Position numbers and translations under genes: made by a program. Below are positions 7,564 through 16,985 of a DNA stretch of 50,737 nucleotides, piece after piece. Under the pieces are notes generated by a model. It was not told the origin of the DNA, searched no databases, and worked only from the letters and a program-made list of their open reading frames with translations. How positions within the stretch are numbered: position 1 is the first letter of the stretch; each line of letters starts with the position of its first letter. Source of the DNA: Candidatus Peregrinibacteria bacterium (GTDB lineage: Bacteria > Patescibacteriota > Gracilibacteria > Peribacterales > Peribacteraceae); assembly GCA_016196295.1 (NCBI GenBank), contig JACPYA010000041.1:1-50737 (forward strand). Reading direction: 5' to 3'.

Positions 7564-8106
7564 ATGTCCGACCCACGTATCGTCCAGTTTCATGCGGCTG
7601 CCGAAAAAGTACTCACGTTCCTACACGCTGAATATTCAAAATTGCAGACGGGACGCGCAAACGCATCGCTTATCGAGCACATCGAGGTCGATGCGTACGG
7701 GCAGAAACAGCCGCTCAAAACCATTGCCGGCATCAATGTCACGGATGCCCGTTCCATCGCCATCCAACCGTGGGACCGATCGATCATCGCCAATGTCGAG
7801 AAGGCGTTGCAGGTCGCCGATCTCGGCATCAATCCCGTCAATGACGGCGTCCTCGTGCGCATGAATTTCCCGCCGATGACGCAGGAACGCCGCGAGCAGA
7901 TCGTGAAGGTGGTCCATAAACTCGCCGAAGAAGCGAAAATATCGCTCCGCAAACACCGCCAGGACGTGCATGACTCCATTAAAGGGGAGAAGGACGAAGA
8001 CGTAAAAGAGACGCTGGTCGAGCAGCTGCAGAAAGAAGTGGATGCAGCGAACGCAAAAATCGTCGATTCGGCGAAGAAGAAAGAGCAGGAGGTGATGACT
8101 GTTTGA
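7564..8106 (+). CDS. frr: Ribosome recycling factor
   Basis: 180 aa with RTGRANASLIEHIEVDAYG and NDGVLVRMNFPPMTQERR, the typical Frr pattern. Confidence 0.95.
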   Translation: MSDPRIVQFHAAAEKVLTFLHAEYSKLQTGRANASLIEHIEVDAYGQKQPLKTIAGINVTDARSIAIQPWDRSIIANVEKALQVADLGINPVNDGVLVRMNFPPMTQERREQIVKVVHKLAEEAKISLRKHRQDVHDSIKGEKDEDVKETLVEQLQKEVDAANAKIVDSAKKKEQEVMTV

Positions 8107-9126
8107 TCAATCTTGCAGATGCTCCGTGAAGAATTCTTTTGATTTCAGCATGAAGTCGCTCCACTGCGGGCCGAACTCATGGCCCTCGCCGGGATATTCG
8201 ACGTATTCGATTTCTTTTCCAAGTTGCGTCAGCATTTTCACGAGCTCGTCGGACCATTCCTTTGGAACATCTTTGTCGTTATCACCGTGAAAGACGAGCA
8301 CTGGCACGGCGATCTTCGAAAGATGATTCTTCGAGGAGAGTGCCTGCCAGAAGGCCGGATTTTCTTCGTAGCGTCCGTAGAGCTCTACGGTGCGATCGTC
8401 GTCATCGCGCCGGTCACGCCACCGCTCGAAGTTCTTCCAGGCGTCCGTGTGTACCGGTGCGTAGAGGACTGCGGCATCGACCGCGTCCGGATACGCAGTG
8501 ATGATGTTCTGCGTGATGCCCCCGCCCATCGAGTGGCCCAGCATCCCCACGCGACTCGCATCGATCGAGGGAATCTTTGCTTCGCGAATCGCGTCGATAC
8601 CGTTCAGAACGTCCATGCTGTACTCGAGTCCTGCATCATAGACCTTTCGCTCATCGGGGCTCTCGTCGCCGCCCGCATGGCCGCGATAGTCGCTGTGGAG
8701 CACGGCAAACCCGTTGCGGGCCAAGTAATCCTGCTCGCGCTTGAGTCCCCTGCCGTTCGTATAAATGTCACGGTCGATGTAGCCGTGATTGAGCAGCAGA
8801 AGCGGAAATGAACCCTGCCCCTTGGGAACGTTCAGAATGCCCGTGATCAGAAGACCATTGCTCCGATAGGAAATCGTGTATCGCGTGTAGAGCGCGTGAT
8901 CGCCGAGGACGTCCTCCAGACGGAAATCCGATCCCTCTAATCGCATGTTTCCGAAGGAATCGAGCGTCAGTTCCGGCGGAACCTGATGCAGTACGTCACT
9001 CGCAGAGGATGCGAATGAAGTTTCTGCAGACGATGAGCCATTCGTCGAAACCCCGGCATCGGTCGTCGCGACAGGATCGCAGCCGAGAAGCAACCCGAGC
9101 GTCCAGAGGATCAATGTCTTTTTCAT
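8107..9126 (-). CDS. Secreted or lipoprotein alpha/beta hydrolase (S9/dienelactone-hydrolase-like)
   Basis: The ATG at 9126 gives MKKTLILWTLGLLLGC (a lipobox). It has the nucleophile elbow GHSMGG and a C-terminal GDNDKDVP...H pattern. The ORF extension upstream of 9126 is probably not coding. Confidence 0.75.
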   Translation of the reverse strand: MKKTLILWTLGLLLGCDPVATTDAGVSTNGSSSAETSFASSASDVLHQVPPELTLDSFGNMRLEGSDFRLEDVLGDHALYTRYTISYRSNGLLITGILNVPKGQGSFPLLLLNHGYIDRDIYTNGRGLKREQDYLARNGFAVLHSDYRGHAGGDESPDERKVYDAGLEYSMDVLNGIDAIREAKIPSIDASRVGMLGHSMGGGITQNIITAYPDAVDAAVLYAPVHTDAWKNFERWRDRRDDDDRTVELYGRYEENPAFWQALSSKNHLSKIAVPVLVFHGDNDKDVPKEWSDELVKMLTQLGKEIEYVEYPGEGHEFGPQWSDFMLKSKEFFTEHLQD

Positions 9127-9542
9127 CGCATGCGCTGCGGGCGTAACGCTCGATTCACGGCAAAGGCCAAGGCCGCTGAGTTCAGGAAGATCAGGAGCGG
9201 CAGAAGATAGTAAAACATGCGGCGTGGGTGAAAGGAATGCGACGCTACGAGCGCTCCAAAAAACTTTCAAGGCAAAAAGTGGAGATTTCCGTTCGCGAAA
9301 AAAATCTGCGTCAAAACTGCGAGCAGAGCATAGAAAATGCATTCTGCCGCAGAAAATCTTTGCAGAATTGCAAAGGAATCGTACAATGGTTTTTTACCAT
9401 CTCTCTTTCCTATGGCTACGAAGAAGAAGAGAAAGTCGAAGAAGAGGAAATCGACGAAGAAGAAAAGGCGCCGCTAGTCGTCGGCCTCGACTGCGAAGCA
9501 GTCTCATCCCCCCGCATGTGCGGGGCGGGCCGGGACTGTTTT

Positions 9543-11153
9543 TCAGCGCATCCCCATCCACTTCCAGGCGGTAACGGTTCCCGCCGTGAAGCCGACGATG
9601 CTCGTGATGATGAAGACGAGCATGAGGAGGTTTTGCTGCTGCGGATTCGCCGCGCCGTGATCTCCTTCCAGGAGACAGCGTTTGGAACAGCCGTCATTGG
9701 AGACTCGGTTGCCGTCATCGCACTGCTCCAGAGTCTGGCGGAAGCCATCACCGCAGTCCGGCAGGAGACAGAAGTTCGTGCATTCATCGCGATTGCTCTT
9801 GTTGCCATCGTCGCACTCCTCCTCGCTGTCCAGCGTTCCATCGCCGCAGGAATGTTTTTTGCAGGTGGAGCGACAGCGATCGGGGTCCGCATCGGAGTTC
9901 TTGTCTCCATCGTCACACTCCTCCCCGAGGTCGATGACGCGGTTGCCGCAGGTGCTCGTCTCCAGCGTACAGAAGGCGGAACAGCCGTCGCCTTTGGTCT
10001 GGTTGCCATCATCGCACTCCTCGCCCAAGTCCCGGATGCCGTTGCCGCAGATGCCGCTCTCCGTCGCGCAGAATGTGCTGCATCCGTCGCCATCATTGCG
10101 GTTCCCATCGTCGCAGATTTCTCCGGTATCCAGCGAGCCGTTGCCACAGAGGAGCGAGATGCCTGAAGATCCTTTGCAGGCATCGGAGCACTGCGACCCG
10201 CCGTCGCACTCCTCGCCCTTGTCCGTGACGCCGTCGCCGCAAATGGGGGGCGTGCAGCTGAGGCGGCACGTGTTTGGCTGCGTGTTCGAGTTGCTTGCGC
10301 CCGCATCGCAGATTTCTCCGAAAAGAGGATCCACGACGCCGTCGCCGCAGCGCGGCAACGTGCACATGGGGCGACACGCATTGGGAACGAAGGAGGAGTT
10401 GCGCTCGCCTTGGTCACAGGCCTCTCCGGCATCCAGCGTGCCGTTGCCGCACCTCGTGGGGCCGGCGGGACTCTGGGGAATGCGCAGCGTGCCTGCGGAG
10501 CCCGTGAAAGGCCGGACCGAACCGGCGGATCCGTTTCGCGCGTACTTGTCGAACATCGACTCGGTCACGGCAGGCAAATCTCCCAGACACGGCTTGCGCG
10601 CCCAGTAGCATCCGCCGACAACCGACTGATCCGCCTTGATGACGGGGTGCGTGCAGTACTCGCCACACTGCGGAATGTATGGCGTTTTTTTTACAGTTCC
10701 TGTTCCCGTTTTGGGATCGATTTGTTCTTCCATCCGGTACAGAGGCTCGCATTCCTCCCCGCCCTGTTGCCAGAGGATTCCATCGCCACATTCCGGAACC
10801 ATACAGTTGCTCATGCATCCGACCGCGCGCTTGAAGCGGTCGCCGACGACCGCATTTTTGCGTTGTCCCAGGTCGCATTCCTCGCCCTCATCGATCACCC
10901 CATTGCCGCACTTCGGCCCTGGTGGCGGAAGGACGACAGGGGGAGGGGGGGGCGGGGCAGATGTATTGAAAGCGGGCGGTTGCGTTCCACTCGGGATGTG
11001 CACGCCTCCTGAACTGGCATACCCGTAGGCGATCTTCCCGACCCGCGTGGCATCCACGGGATCGGACCACTCCGTCTCGATGAGGAAGAGGGCGAAGAAC
11101 AGAACGAATGTCGCGATCATCGCCGGGCGCGCAGGGTGTGTGTGTGCGGGCAT
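9543..11153 (-). CDS. Membrane-anchored cysteine-rich repeat protein (DUF4215 / Myxococcus-type Cys-rich repeats)
   Basis: 536 aa with an N-terminal TM helix, about ten repeats of C-G(D/N)G..D.GE.CD.G.......C...C, and a C-terminal TM helix. Confidence 0.75.
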   Translation of the reverse strand: MPAHTHPARPAMIATFVLFFALFLIETEWSDPVDATRVGKIAYGYASSGGVHIPSGTQPPAFNTSAPPPPPPVVLPPPGPKCGNGVIDEGEECDLGQRKNAVVGDRFKRAVGCMSNCMVPECGDGILWQQGGEECEPLYRMEEQIDPKTGTGTVKKTPYIPQCGEYCTHPVIKADQSVVGGCYWARKPCLGDLPAVTESMFDKYARNGSAGSVRPFTGSAGTLRIPQSPAGPTRCGNGTLDAGEACDQGERNSSFVPNACRPMCTLPRCGDGVVDPLFGEICDAGASNSNTQPNTCRLSCTPPICGDGVTDKGEECDGGSQCSDACKGSSGISLLCGNGSLDTGEICDDGNRNDGDGCSTFCATESGICGNGIRDLGEECDDGNQTKGDGCSAFCTLETSTCGNRVIDLGEECDDGDKNSDADPDRCRSTCKKHSCGDGTLDSEEECDDGNKSNRDECTNFCLLPDCGDGFRQTLEQCDDGNRVSNDGCSKRCLLEGDHGAANPQQQNLLMLVFIITSIVGFTAGTVTAWKWMGMR

Positions 11154-11259
11154 TTCTTCCTATTGTATCATGTTTTTGGCTTATTGTCGCGGTCGAGACA
11201 GTTGTTCGGATAGCCCAAAAGTGACATAATATTTATGGTATTTCGCTTTTTGAGCGCTT

Positions 11260-12678
11260 ATGCGACTCACAAAAATAGTATGCACGTTGGGGCCGGCAAG
11301 CCAGTCTCTGGAGGCTATTGCCGCGCTCGCGGAGGGGGGCATGAACGTTGCGCGCATCAACCTCTCGCACGGAGGCCGCGAACAGCACAAGGACTTCATC
11401 GCAAAGGTGCGCCGCGTGAGCGCGGATCGGAAGAAGAGAGGGCTCCCCGCGGTCGGCATCATGCTCGACACGAAGGGGGCGGAGATTCGCACGGGCGACA
11501 CCGATCATCCGTTTGAGATCAAGAAGGGCCAAGAAGTGGTGTTCTCGCCCGACACTGGCCCGCACGGAAAACGCACGACGATCGCCGTCAATTACTCCGG
11601 ATTCGGGAAAGACGTCCGTGAGACGGATCGCATCCTCATCGACAATGGCGAGCTCATTTTCGACATTCTCTCGATCGAGAAGAACGGCGATGTGATCGCG
11701 AAGGCACGGCAATCCGGCACGATCGGTTCTCGCAGGCACATCAATTTGCCCGGCGCGGACATCGATCTCCCCTCTCTCACGGAGCAAGATTGGAAGGACC
11801 TGGAGTTCGGCGTCGAGGAACATGCGGACTTCGTCGCGCTCTCGTTCATCCGAACGGGTGACGACATCGCGGACGTCCGCACCCTGCTTCGCAAGAAGAA
11901 GAGCGGGATGCAGATCGTCGCGAAGATCGAAACGAAGCAGGCCGTCGATCACATCGAAGAGATCATTCGCGCGTCGGACGGCGTCATGGTCGCGCGCGGC
12001 GACCTGGGAGCGGAGCTCCCCTTCGAGACCTTGCCCGTCATCCAAGACCAGATCGTTCTGCGCTGCCGTCAGGCGGGTGTGCCTGTCATCGTCGCGACGC
12101 ACATGCTCGAAAGCATGATCCATCAGCCGACGCCGACGCGCGCGGAGGTGACGGACATCGCCCATGCGGCGACGACCGGCGCCGATGCGACGATGCTCTC
12201 CGGAGAAACGGCTTCCGGCAAGCATCCTCTGCTCGCCCTGGATGCGATGGATCGGGTGCTCCGAGCGACGGAATCGCATCTCTCTCGTTTCGTCCAAGAT
12301 GATTCTTCGGGCGTGCGGACGGAGCGCGAGGCTCGTGCAGAGGCCGCTACGACACTCGCTGATTCCACGGAAGCGCACGCGCTCCTCGCGTTCACGCGCA
12401 CAGGCCAAACCGCCCGCGATCTTGCAAAATTCCGCCCGCGCATCCCCATCATCACCTTCACCGATCACCCCGAGGTCGCGCGCATGTTGCAGATCGCGTT
12501 CGGCGTGTTGCCTCTCGAAATGCCTCTGGATGAAGACCCGGAAACGACCGTCCTGAATGCCATGCAGATCTGCACGCGTGCGGGACTCCTGAAGTCCGGC
12601 GACCGGGTCGTGATCGTCTCGGACACCAAGGCTCATGAACAGCTGATTAACACCGTACAACTGCGGGTGATTCCCTGA
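11260..12678 (+). CDS. pyk: Pyruvate kinase
   Basis: 472 aa with TKIVCTLGPAS, MNVARINLSHG, MVARGDLG and a C-terminal alpha/beta domain. Confidence 0.95.
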   Translation: MRLTKIVCTLGPASQSLEAIAALAEGGMNVARINLSHGGREQHKDFIAKVRRVSADRKKRGLPAVGIMLDTKGAEIRTGDTDHPFEIKKGQEVVFSPDTGPHGKRTTIAVNYSGFGKDVRETDRILIDNGELIFDILSIEKNGDVIAKARQSGTIGSRRHINLPGADIDLPSLTEQDWKDLEFGVEEHADFVALSFIRTGDDIADVRTLLRKKKSGMQIVAKIETKQAVDHIEEIIRASDGVMVARGDLGAELPFETLPVIQDQIVLRCRQAGVPVIVATHMLESMIHQPTPTRAEVTDIAHAATTGADATMLSGETASGKHPLLALDAMDRVLRATESHLSRFVQDDSSGVRTEREARAEAATTLADSTEAHALLAFTRTGQTARDLAKFRPRIPIITFTDHPEVARMLQIAFGVLPLEMPLDEDPETTVLNAMQICTRAGLLKSGDRVVIVSDTKAHEQLINTVQLRVIP

Positions 12679-12685
12679 TCCTATA

Positions 12686-12730
12686 CGGCTTCGTCCTCCC
12701 GCATGCGCGGGACGGGACTACGCCGATATT
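12686..12730 (+). repeat. 45-bp R1-type hairpin module, one half of a perfect inverted pair with 16425-16469
   Basis: CGGCTTCGTCCTCCCGCATGCGCGGGACGGGACTACGCCGATATT. Its reverse complement occurs identically at 16425-16469. Confidence 0.9.
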
Positions 12731-12779
12731 TTCGAATAGAGGAATGAATCACTGATGATGTTATTAGCGCAAAGGCGTA

Positions 12780-13073
12780 TTACTTTCTCCGCAGCGCGAC
12801 TTCGCTCTCGCCTTCGGTGTATTTTGGGTTGCGGATCGACACCATCACTTGAATGAGGTTGTCATTTTGCAGCGTTTCCATTGCCTGCGACTCCGCGATA
12901 TGCATGTTCAAAACCTCCTGTTCGAGCAGGAGCAACGAGCGCTCGCGTTCGAGCGAACGGAGGCGGTAGCCCTTCGTGGCATTCGCATTCTCGTGGAAGA
13001 GGATCAAAAGCGCGAGGACGAGAATGAGCGAGCCGATGGAGGCCATCAGCAGCACGGTGCTCTGGTTCACCAT
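12780..13073 (-). CDS. FtsL-like small bitopic division protein (by position and topology only)
   Basis: The ATG at 13073 gives 97 aa with one N-terminal TM helix and a coiled-coil-like tail. It lies immediately downstream of rsmH, as in dcw clusters. Confidence 0.5.
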   Translation of the reverse strand: MVNQSTVLLMASIGSLILVLALLILFHENANATKGYRLRSLERERSLLLLEQEVLNMHIAESQAMETLQNDNLIQVMVSIRNPKYTEGESEVALRRK

Positions 13074-13158
13074 TCGTCCCAAAGACGAACGGTGAGGAAT
13101 ATCCGACGATGATGAGGGGAAACCGAGCACAGAGGGCAAGTGGAAGTGTAGCAGAAGA

Positions 13159-14076
13159 TCAGGCGCGGCGCCGAAGGACGCGCAGTCGGGCACTGCGGGA
13201 GCGAGGATTCGCCTCGATCTCGACGGGGGAAGGAGTCACGGGTTTCTTCGTCAGGAGCTCAAAGGGCGACTCTCGTAGGATTCCTCCCTTCTCAGGATCC
13301 TTCTCGGGGGTGGAGAGCGAACGGAATGCCTGCTTCACCGCTCTGTCCTCGAGCGAGTGGTACGCAATGACGCCGAATCTGCCGCGCGGCTTCAGCAGCT
13401 TCGGAGCGCTGTGCAGGAGTGACTGGAGGGCACCGATTTCGTCATTCACGGCGATGCGCAGTGCTTGGAAGACTTGCGGAAGAATAGAGAGCGCTTTGTA
13501 ACCGAAGAGTTCTTCAACGCAGGACCGCACATCCGTCGTGCGCAGAGGCGACTCCTGCGTTCGCGCTTTTTTCGAGAGTGCGTGCGCCAGCTTTCCCGCT
13601 CCGCGCAATTCCCCGTAGGAGCGAAGAACCTCCGCGATCGCATCGGGAGCGGCTCTCGCGAGGAATGCTGCGGCGCTGCGTCCTTTCGACCGGTCGAATC
13701 GCAGATCCAGCGGGCCGTCTGCGCGGAAGGAAAATCCCCTCTCGGGATCGTCGAAGTGCGGCGAGCTCACGCCCAGGTCCGCGAAGATGATGTCGCAGGG
13801 CGGAAGCGCTATATCTGCGAGGGAACGAAAGTTCGCATGGTGGTACTGCGTGTGACCGGGAATTCCTTCGAGGACGTTCTTCGCGTGATCGAGATTCGCT
13901 TGGTCGGCGTCGAGGACGATCAGCCGGCCGCTTGGCCCAATCTCTTTTTTCAACGAGGCTGCATGGCCTCCCAGACCTACGGTCACGTCGAGCACGGTTT
14001 CACCCGGTTTTGGGGAAAGCAGCGCAAGCACGGGCGACTCCCCCTCGGTGCCATGAAGGACGGGCCGATGGCTCAT
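13159..14076 (-). CDS. rsmH: 16S rRNA (cytosine1402-N4)-methyltransferase
   Basis: 305 aa with HRPVL, DVTVGLGGH, DLGVSSPHFD, FQALRIAVNDE and YHSLEDR. Confidence 0.95.
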   Translation of the reverse strand: MSHRPVLHGTEGESPVLALLSPKPGETVLDVTVGLGGHAASLKKEIGPSGRLIVLDADQANLDHAKNVLEGIPGHTQYHHANFRSLADIALPPCDIIFADLGVSSPHFDDPERGFSFRADGPLDLRFDRSKGRSAAAFLARAAPDAIAEVLRSYGELRGAGKLAHALSKKARTQESPLRTTDVRSCVEELFGYKALSILPQVFQALRIAVNDEIGALQSLLHSAPKLLKPRGRFGVIAYHSLEDRAVKQAFRSLSTPEKDPEKGGILRESPFELLTKKPVTPSPVEIEANPRSRSARLRVLRRRA

Positions 14077-14209
14077 CCCTGCATTCTACGAATCGCTTTC
14101 CGCGGGGCAATGAATCGGTCTTGTCCCTCAAGGAATCCCCGTTTCTTGTATACAAAAGTTGATCGCATTACGCAGCCTCCCCACCCCGCTTCAGAGCCTC
14201 CCTGGAGCA

Positions 14210-14395
14210 ATCATTGGTATGAACCCCAGAGCAAGCTCTGGACTCCCTCTTCTGGAGCAAGCTCCGGGGAACCCGCCTGATCCGAACGATCAGATCGTTC
14301 GGGCGGGTCAAACCATCGACTTCGCTTGCAGTGCCACAACACAAAAAGCCCCTTGTCCGGCGTAGCCGAGCGGAGCGAGGCGAAGTCGGATTGAC
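14210..14395 (-). ncRNA. Candidate structured RNA, copy A (unclassified)
   Basis: The 186-nt core is homologous to 29004-29210. An AT-rich TATTAT box lies just upstream on the minus strand. Several hairpins are retained even where the sequence is replaced. Confidence 0.5.
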
Positions 14396-14426
14396 GTAAA
14401 TAATAAATAGTATAAAGTAATGCACT

Positions 14427-14972
14427 TTGGTGCTCTTCGCATCCACTGTTCTTGGCTTGCTGCTGGGATTTTCTTCCCCGATCTCGCTGCTGAATGCCGT
14501 GCCGGAAACGCGCTGGCAGCCGGAGGCGGGAGACGTCCTCCTGATCGATACGAAGGAGAACGTTGGGTACTTGGTGCACCGTGACGGGGTCTTCACGACC
14601 TTCCGTCTCGCCACGGGCCAACGCAGAGTCGTGAGCTACATCGGCCGCACGTACGACGCGACGACCCCGGAGAAATCGTGGGTAGCGCAGAGTCCGGTTG
14701 AGTTTAAAGGTGACCGCATTACCTTCGGAGCCGAGGGTCGTTTCCTGCGTCTCTGGGACGATGGGGAGCGCACGCCGTACGGCATTCATCCTCACCTCTA
14801 TAACGAGCGGATGCTCGCAAAGGATGATCGCTTCGAGAGCATGGGGTGCATCATCGTCAGCGACGCCATGATGCAGGTGATCGAAGACACATTCGCCCTC
14901 AACGGCAATCACCTCGAAGTCGTGACCTCCTTCGGTCTCGAGGGGCTTCGAAAGAGCTTGGCGCTCCAATAA
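14427..14972 (+). CDS. L,D-transpeptidase (YkuD) domain protein
   Basis: 181 aa with an N-terminal TM or signal sequence and GIHPH...SMGCIIVS, which resembles the YkuD catalytic His/Cys motif. Confidence 0.65.
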   Translation: MVLFASTVLGLLLGFSSPISLLNAVPETRWQPEAGDVLLIDTKENVGYLVHRDGVFTTFRLATGQRRVVSYIGRTYDATTPEKSWVAQSPVEFKGDRITFGAEGRFLRLWDDGERTPYGIHPHLYNERMLAKDDRFESMGCIIVSDAMMQVIEDTFALNGNHLEVVTSFGLEGLRKSLALQ

Positions 14973-15238
14973 TCGCACCTGCAGGTAGGTTGCAATGTTC
15001 TTCGTAACATTTTTTTCAGAGCAACTTTGCCTTTTGTCGTTTTAAAATAGCGTTCTCTTCCCAGTGCATCTTCTTCTAAATGAAATGCTTCGTAAAAAAG
15101 AATTCTGAAAGGTCGCCGAGTTTTTGTGGATTCCACTTTGCCCTCTTGATGTTCCACGAGACGTTTGCGCAAGTCACGAGTGAATCCAATGTATAATTTT
15201 TCATCTCGTAGGCTCTGCAAAACATAGGTGTAATACAT
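14909..15238 (-). CDS. Small GIY-YIG nuclease-family protein
   Basis: 109 aa: YYTYVLQSLRDEKLYIGFTRDLRKRLVEHQEG...RERYFKTTKGK. The last roughly 25 aa overlap the convergent L,D-transpeptidase gene and look like read-through. Confidence 0.8.
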   Translation of the reverse strand: MYYTYVLQSLRDEKLYIGFTRDLRKRLVEHQEGKVESTKTRRPFRILFYEAFHLEEDALGRERYFKTTKGKVALKKMLRRTLQPTCRCDYWSAKLFRSPSRPKEVTTSR

Positions 15239-15297
15239 AGCAAGCGAGTATATCAGTGGCCATGAACCACTCGCTAGCGCTCGGATTCATTGCTCGC

Positions 15298-15377
15298 CAT
15301 AAACCAAGCGACCCACATTAATAGTGCGGTGTACTACCTGCCACTATTTCTCAAGCATACTGTCGCTTTGGTTTATG
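15298..15377 (-). pseudogene. Degenerate copy of the tRNA-Ser(GCT) 5' half, enclosed by a 16-nt inverted repeat
   Basis: The minus strand reads ATAGTGGCAGGTAGTACACCGCACTATTAATGTGG, compared with GAGTGGCCGAAAGCACCGCACTGCTAATGCGG in the tRNA. It is flanked by CCATAAACCAAGCGAC / GTCGCTTTGGTTTATGG. Confidence 0.5.
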
Positions 15378-15391
15378 GCGGAGAGGGAGGG

Positions 15392-15552
<161 letters not shown>

Positions 15553-15620
15553 GTGGCTGATCAAGTATACGGAACTCCGTGCCACATACGCTAGTCTTAA
15601 GATGCGATTGGGATGAACGC

Positions 15621-16364
15621 CTAGCCGACTTTCGAGACTGCCATCGTGTACGCGCACCACTCGCACTCCGGGTGCGCGGGCGGAGGAGACGTGCGATGCA
15701 GACAGAGATGGATCTCCTGAAGGGCCTCGTCCACCCATGCGGAAGTACCGCGGTAGGGAAGCAGTTGCACGGAAAATTCGAGCGTGCGGTCGAAGGCCTC
15801 TTTGTCTTTGGACGCATTCACGTAGACGAAGTAACCGGTATCGGAAACCTTATAGCCGTTTTTTCGCATCAACCACTGGTAGATCTCGAGTTGCCTCTTG
15901 TATGACTGGCGCCAGTCATCCTCGAGCGAGATCTCCTTCTGCGTGCTCGTCGCCTTGTAATCCACGACGATCAGCTCATCGCCTTTTGTCTTCCAGACAT
16001 CATCGATGGCACCGGTGACGACGAACCCGGTCTCCGCATGATGATGCTCGATCCCCTTGAAGTTGTCTCGCCACACTGCCAAGTCCGGATGGATGAAGGG
16101 CACCGCATCGATCCCGTAGGCCGTCATGAGCGGATGGGCCTGGCCCTTCGCTCGATGGAGATCGAATTCTTTCTTGAGGAGAGTGTCGACGGCGCTATTG
16201 AGGGTGAAGGGAGGACCGTCGGGGCGGTTGATCCCCAGACGCCGGTCGAGGTAGAAGCAGCGCGGACACTTCAGGAAGAGTTCAATCTTGCTCCGGCTCA
16301 AGCGATAGGGCTCCGCAGATTGCGGATCGTAGAGGTTGCGAGTGCGGATGCCATCTTTTTTCAT
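15621..16364 (-). CDS. PD-(D/E)XK nuclease with Cas4/AddB-like cysteine cluster
   Basis: 247 aa with an N-terminal CPRCFY, a VVDYK...QLEIYQ core (D-EVK-like plus QxxxY) and a C-terminal CEWCAY, giving four Cys as in Fe-S-binding RecB-like nucleases. Confidence 0.7.
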   Translation of the reverse strand: MKKDGIRTRNLYDPQSAEPYRLSRSKIELFLKCPRCFYLDRRLGINRPDGPPFTLNSAVDTLLKKEFDLHRAKGQAHPLMTAYGIDAVPFIHPDLAVWRDNFKGIEHHHAETGFVVTGAIDDVWKTKGDELIVVDYKATSTQKEISLEDDWRQSYKRQLEIYQWLMRKNGYKVSDTGYFVYVNASKDKEAFDRTLEFSVQLLPYRGTSAWVDEALQEIHLCLHRTSPPPAHPECEWCAYTMAVSKVG

Positions 16365-16424
16365 GTCTGCATCTTATACGGCTTCGCATTATAAACACCA
16401 CGCACACTGTTGTGTCGTAACGCC

Positions 16425-16469
16425 AATATCGGCGTAGTCCCGTCCCGCGCATGCGGGAGGACGAAGCCG
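16425..16469 (-). repeat. Inverted partner of the 45-bp module at 12686-12730
   Basis: A perfect 45/45 reverse-complement match. Confidence 0.9.
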
Positions 16470-16588
16470 CATTACAAAGCGCGATGCCGTATCCGCCACA
16501 ACCATGTTGCGCAAAAGTACATTTCTTTGTGAAAAGACTAGTCGCTCTGATAGCATGATCGTTAATTTACCCCTCCCCCACTTCTCCT

Positions 16589-16933
16589 ATGGCAGTTACG
16601 CTCGCCTGGGTACTCGGTCTCGTCCTGACACTCGTCGGAGTGCTCGGGTTCTTCAACGATCCGGTGCTCGGTATTTTCGAGGTTGATCCGGTCCACAACG
16701 TGATCCACCTCCTCAGCGGTCTCGTCGGCCTCTTTGCCGCCAGCAAAGGCATGACCTACGCCCGCCAGTACTTGATCGTGTTCGGCTTGATCTACGCCGT
16801 CGTCACGGTCCTCGGCTTCACGATGGAGAGTCCGCTCCTCGGGCTCGTCTCGGTGAATGACTGGGACAACTACCTCCACGCGGCGATCGCGGCGGTGAGC
16901 TTGCTGGTCGGATTCAGCGGAAAGAAGTCCTAA
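16589..16933 (+). CDS. DUF4383-type small membrane protein
   Basis: 114 aa with four hydrophobic segments and GVLGFF...VHNVIHLLSG, typical of the family. Confidence 0.65.
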   Translation: MAVTLAWVLGLVLTLVGVLGFFNDPVLGIFEVDPVHNVIHLLSGLVGLFAASKGMTYARQYLIVFGLIYAVVTVLGFTMESPLLGLVSVNDWDNYLHAAIAAVSLLVGFSGKKS

Positions 16934-16944
16934 GACGGGGATAC

Positions 16945-16976
16945 AAAAAAACCCGGTTCGCGAGAGCCGGGTTTTT
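16945..16976. terminator. Bidirectional intrinsic terminator between convergent genes
   Basis: AAAAAAA-CCCGG-TTCGCGAGAG-CCGGG-TTTTT: a GC stem flanked by an A run and a T run. Confidence 0.7.
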
Positions 16977-16985
16977 ACCTGTGTG

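Noticed and set aside
9228-10432. ORFs 9228-10166(+), 9416-10432(-) and 9682-10608(+) overlapping the Cys-rich protein gene
   Set aside because: The 9543-11153(-) frame has a regular Cys-repeat pattern and TM anchors. The others are frame or strand shadows with Ser/Arg/Ala-rich composition.
14211-14978. 255-aa ORF on the minus strand (and 28611-29201(-), 28803-29381(+)) covering the conserved-element copies
   Set aside because: They cross the conserved non-coding element in different frames in the two copies, so the conservation is not at the protein level. 14211-14978 also lies antisense to the L,D-transpeptidase gene.
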